64,000 bases of DNA from an uncultured cyanobacterium (GTDB taxonomy: Bacteria > Cyanobacteriota > Cyanobacteriia > PCC-9006 > JAAUQQ01): positions 4,448,001-4,512,000 of the forward strand of contig OY970368.1 of assembly GCA_963718615.1 (NCBI GenBank). Reading direction: 5' to 3'. The notes under the pieces are model-generated. The model had not been told where the DNA came from. It saw only the letters and a list, made by a program, of their open reading frames with translations, and searched no databases. Positions 63,901-64,000 of the stretch are shown here, one piece after another. The translations under genes were made by a program, and so were the position numbers. Position 1 is the first letter of the stretch; every line of letters begins with the position of its first letter.

Positions 63901-64000
63901 AAACTCCAGGGCAGTTGGAATTTGCATCAAGCGACCCAGGAGGATCCACTAGATTTCTTTTTGCTGTTTTCCTCCGTGGCTTCGCTTCTGGGATCGCCCG
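57928..64000 (+). CDS. ols: Type I PKS FAAL-ACP-KS-AT-KR..., olefin synthase (OLS)-like; 3'-truncated by the window end
   Basis: Frame 1 from ATG 57928 to the window end; not in the ORF track because it has no stop. FAAL: [48 protein letters not shown]: LGLDSL (about 59920), [20 protein letters not shown]: [20 protein letters not shown]: GHSVG, HAFH. KR: [22 protein letters not shown]. The ST-TE end that defines OLS lies outside the window. Confidence 0.85.
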   Translation, partial: MSQTFPSFVALLRHRAQHLSDKTAFIFLQDGETVAEALSYQALDQRARAIAAQLQDLGATGERALLLYPPGLDFIAAFFGCLYAGVTAVPAYPPRANRSLERLQAIVADAEARFALTTSALLESLEGQLFQADSSEIRCLATDRTSATGAGAIAQWAEAWEPGAIAPDQLAFLQYTSGSTGKPKGVMVSHGNLIHNSTLINQGFQDNGDSQGVSWLPPYHDMGLIGGILQPLFVGASMVLMPPVSFLQRPLRWLQAISKYRATTSGGPNFAYDLCAKQISPEQRAELDLSCWTLAFTGAEPIRAQTLDLFAEAFAPVGFQRQAFYPCYGMAETTLMVTGGDKPGVPVVTTVDGVALQENRVRSCGAWRSPSSQAPDQAPDQDQILVGSGQTLLGQTLKIVDPETFQPLADHQVGEIWVAGPSVAQGYWHQPELTQAMFQARLATEPMGPSFLRTGDLGFVQSGELFVTGRLKDLIIIRGRNHYPQDLEETVAQAHPDLQVAAGAAFAVEVDGEERLVVVQEVKRSALRKLEGAAVAQAIRKAVAQVHDLQPQAILLLKTGSIPKTSSGKIQRFACRAGFLERSLNTVYEWSANPQSENALDAATLPRLEDERRFEDERRFVPMGGQGSGKAVEIAHWLTQRLAEATGQSARSIDPQEAIANLGLDSLRVVRLSAELEDWLGLKLSPTLAYDYPTIASLSAYLAHQVDPQANPSQNEVSGVGSISAQQPVGHEAIAIVGLGCRFPGAKNPEEFWQLLIEGKDAIRPSQRWVKVSTAGGDRPDWGGFLDDVDQFDPQFFGLSPREAQRMDPQQRLLLEVTWEALEQAGIPATQLAGTSTGVFVGVSSSDYAQLQAAQGIPVDAYAGTGNAHSIAANRLSYFFDLHGPSLAVDTACSSSLVAVHLASQALNQGTCEMAIAAGVNLMLSPNLTEIFRQAGMMAADGRCKTFDAQADGYVRGEGCGVVLLKRLSVAEQAGDRILAVIQGSAVNQDGRSNGLTAPNGRAQQAVVRQALAQAGIAAADLGYIEAHGTGTSLGDPIELNALQAVLAADTPCWIGSVKTNIGHLEAAAGIAGLIKSVLALQRETIPPHLHLNELNPHIQLQEGLKIPTQAQPWPRGDKPRLAGISSFGFGGTNAHLVVGDWGGMVGRPRMGPGRSPQLLLLSAKTATALTDVVRRYEAWLATHSEADLADVCFSANTGRVRFEHRLTCVAETTAQLQQQFQGFLQGGRRPLGLWQGQAQRQNALAFLFTGQGSQFVGMGQQLYATEPIFASALNHCAQLLQPHLDCSLIELLYPPAGQTSALDETLYTQPALFALEYALAQLWLSWGVQPTVVMGHSVGEYVAACLAGVFSLEDGLRLIAARARLMQGLPQTGGMVAVFASEGRLRDALATLPESVFPEAVAIAAFNGPELIVLSGHNDALATVIDQLKTESIRCRLLKVSHAFHSPLMDPILAEFEQVAQTVTYRLPQLPLVSNLTGKLATAEVASADYWVRHIRQPVKFEASMHCLQDQGTAAAQNLAQDSAQPIFLEIGPQPTLLPMGRQCLTKTKGIWLPSLYPGKADTQQLLQSLASLAVQGVTIDWQTFYRNGNYQRLDLPTYPFQRQRCWLEDLQPPRLTATGQGAMNAVSAPQGTAYQVVWEPSSITPSDPILENRRVGTWLVLADQSGVGQAIATKLQAQGNSVQVIERGDRQSLDQFKTLFAEVLGQPTSGPAPIQGILHCWSLDLPTVASLTTDDLAPPENLVTQSAWNCASVLGLIQQLAQQASGQTFVGQRSIPLWLLTQGTQTVHGEAVTGLTQSPLWGLGKVIALEHPEFWGGLVDLASDVTAREEEAIAQFIALVTDRGLHCDQIALRDRPYIAKLQPVALPSLSAASLVIQPQSSYLITGGLGALGLSLAHWLVAQGARHLLLVSRRSPNPQQQAQVEAIRSKGVDCQVRVLDVTDTAAVQALCTELRQSAHPLGGLIHAAGTLSDGLLQGQSWESWETVLAPKLQGSWNLHQATQEDPLDFFLLFSSVASLLGSP

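Larger units (their letters stand above)
1..64000. repeat. HIP1 octamer GCGATCGC dispersed throughout
   Basis: Dozens of copies visible in core genes; none noticed in 23040-25347. Confidence 0.95.

Noticed and set aside
58148-63902. Many short ORFs listed in the track over the last 6 kb
   Set aside because: They are shadows of the single frame-1 PKS ORF, which the track omits because it has no stop codon in the window.
1-64000. CRISPR array
   Set aside because: No repeat-spacer periodicity or cas genes seen; repeats are only short tandems, HIP1 and REP-like hairpins.

Overview
Cyanobacterial chromosomal window: HIP1 GCGATCGC sites are dense, and psaAB, psaK and ado are present. The PsaA variant resembles those of Leptolyngbya/Halomicronema-like filamentous strains. 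Most genes are housekeeping: clpB, alr, tRNA-Ser, nadA, hrcA, trpB, rpsU, rbp, psaAB, hemW, exbBD and an S1 paralogue. Accessory segments are the end of a type I R-M locus (HsdM-like tail fused to a YhcG/DUF1016 nuclease, then hsdS), a tRNA-adjacent bioA plus EAL fragment, a PLP-decarboxylase/MetX-like acyltransferase/two hybrid-kinase cluster, and an AT-rich two-gene island between IS982 and IS5 remnants. Main result: a divergent aldehyde-deformylating oxygenase (ado) is followed not by aar but by a FAAL-ACP-KS-AT-KR polyketide synthase closely resembling olefin synthase (OLS). This puts parts of the two normally alternative hydrocarbon pathways in one locus. The PKS runs off the window end and is absent from the ORF track. 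Second result: four genes carry a +1 frameshift at the identical motif CCT[T]CTGG / CCAGA[A]GG, probably a sequencing artefact that could mark a DNA-modification motif. Family assignments come from motif recognition and recalled reference sequences; no searches were run.
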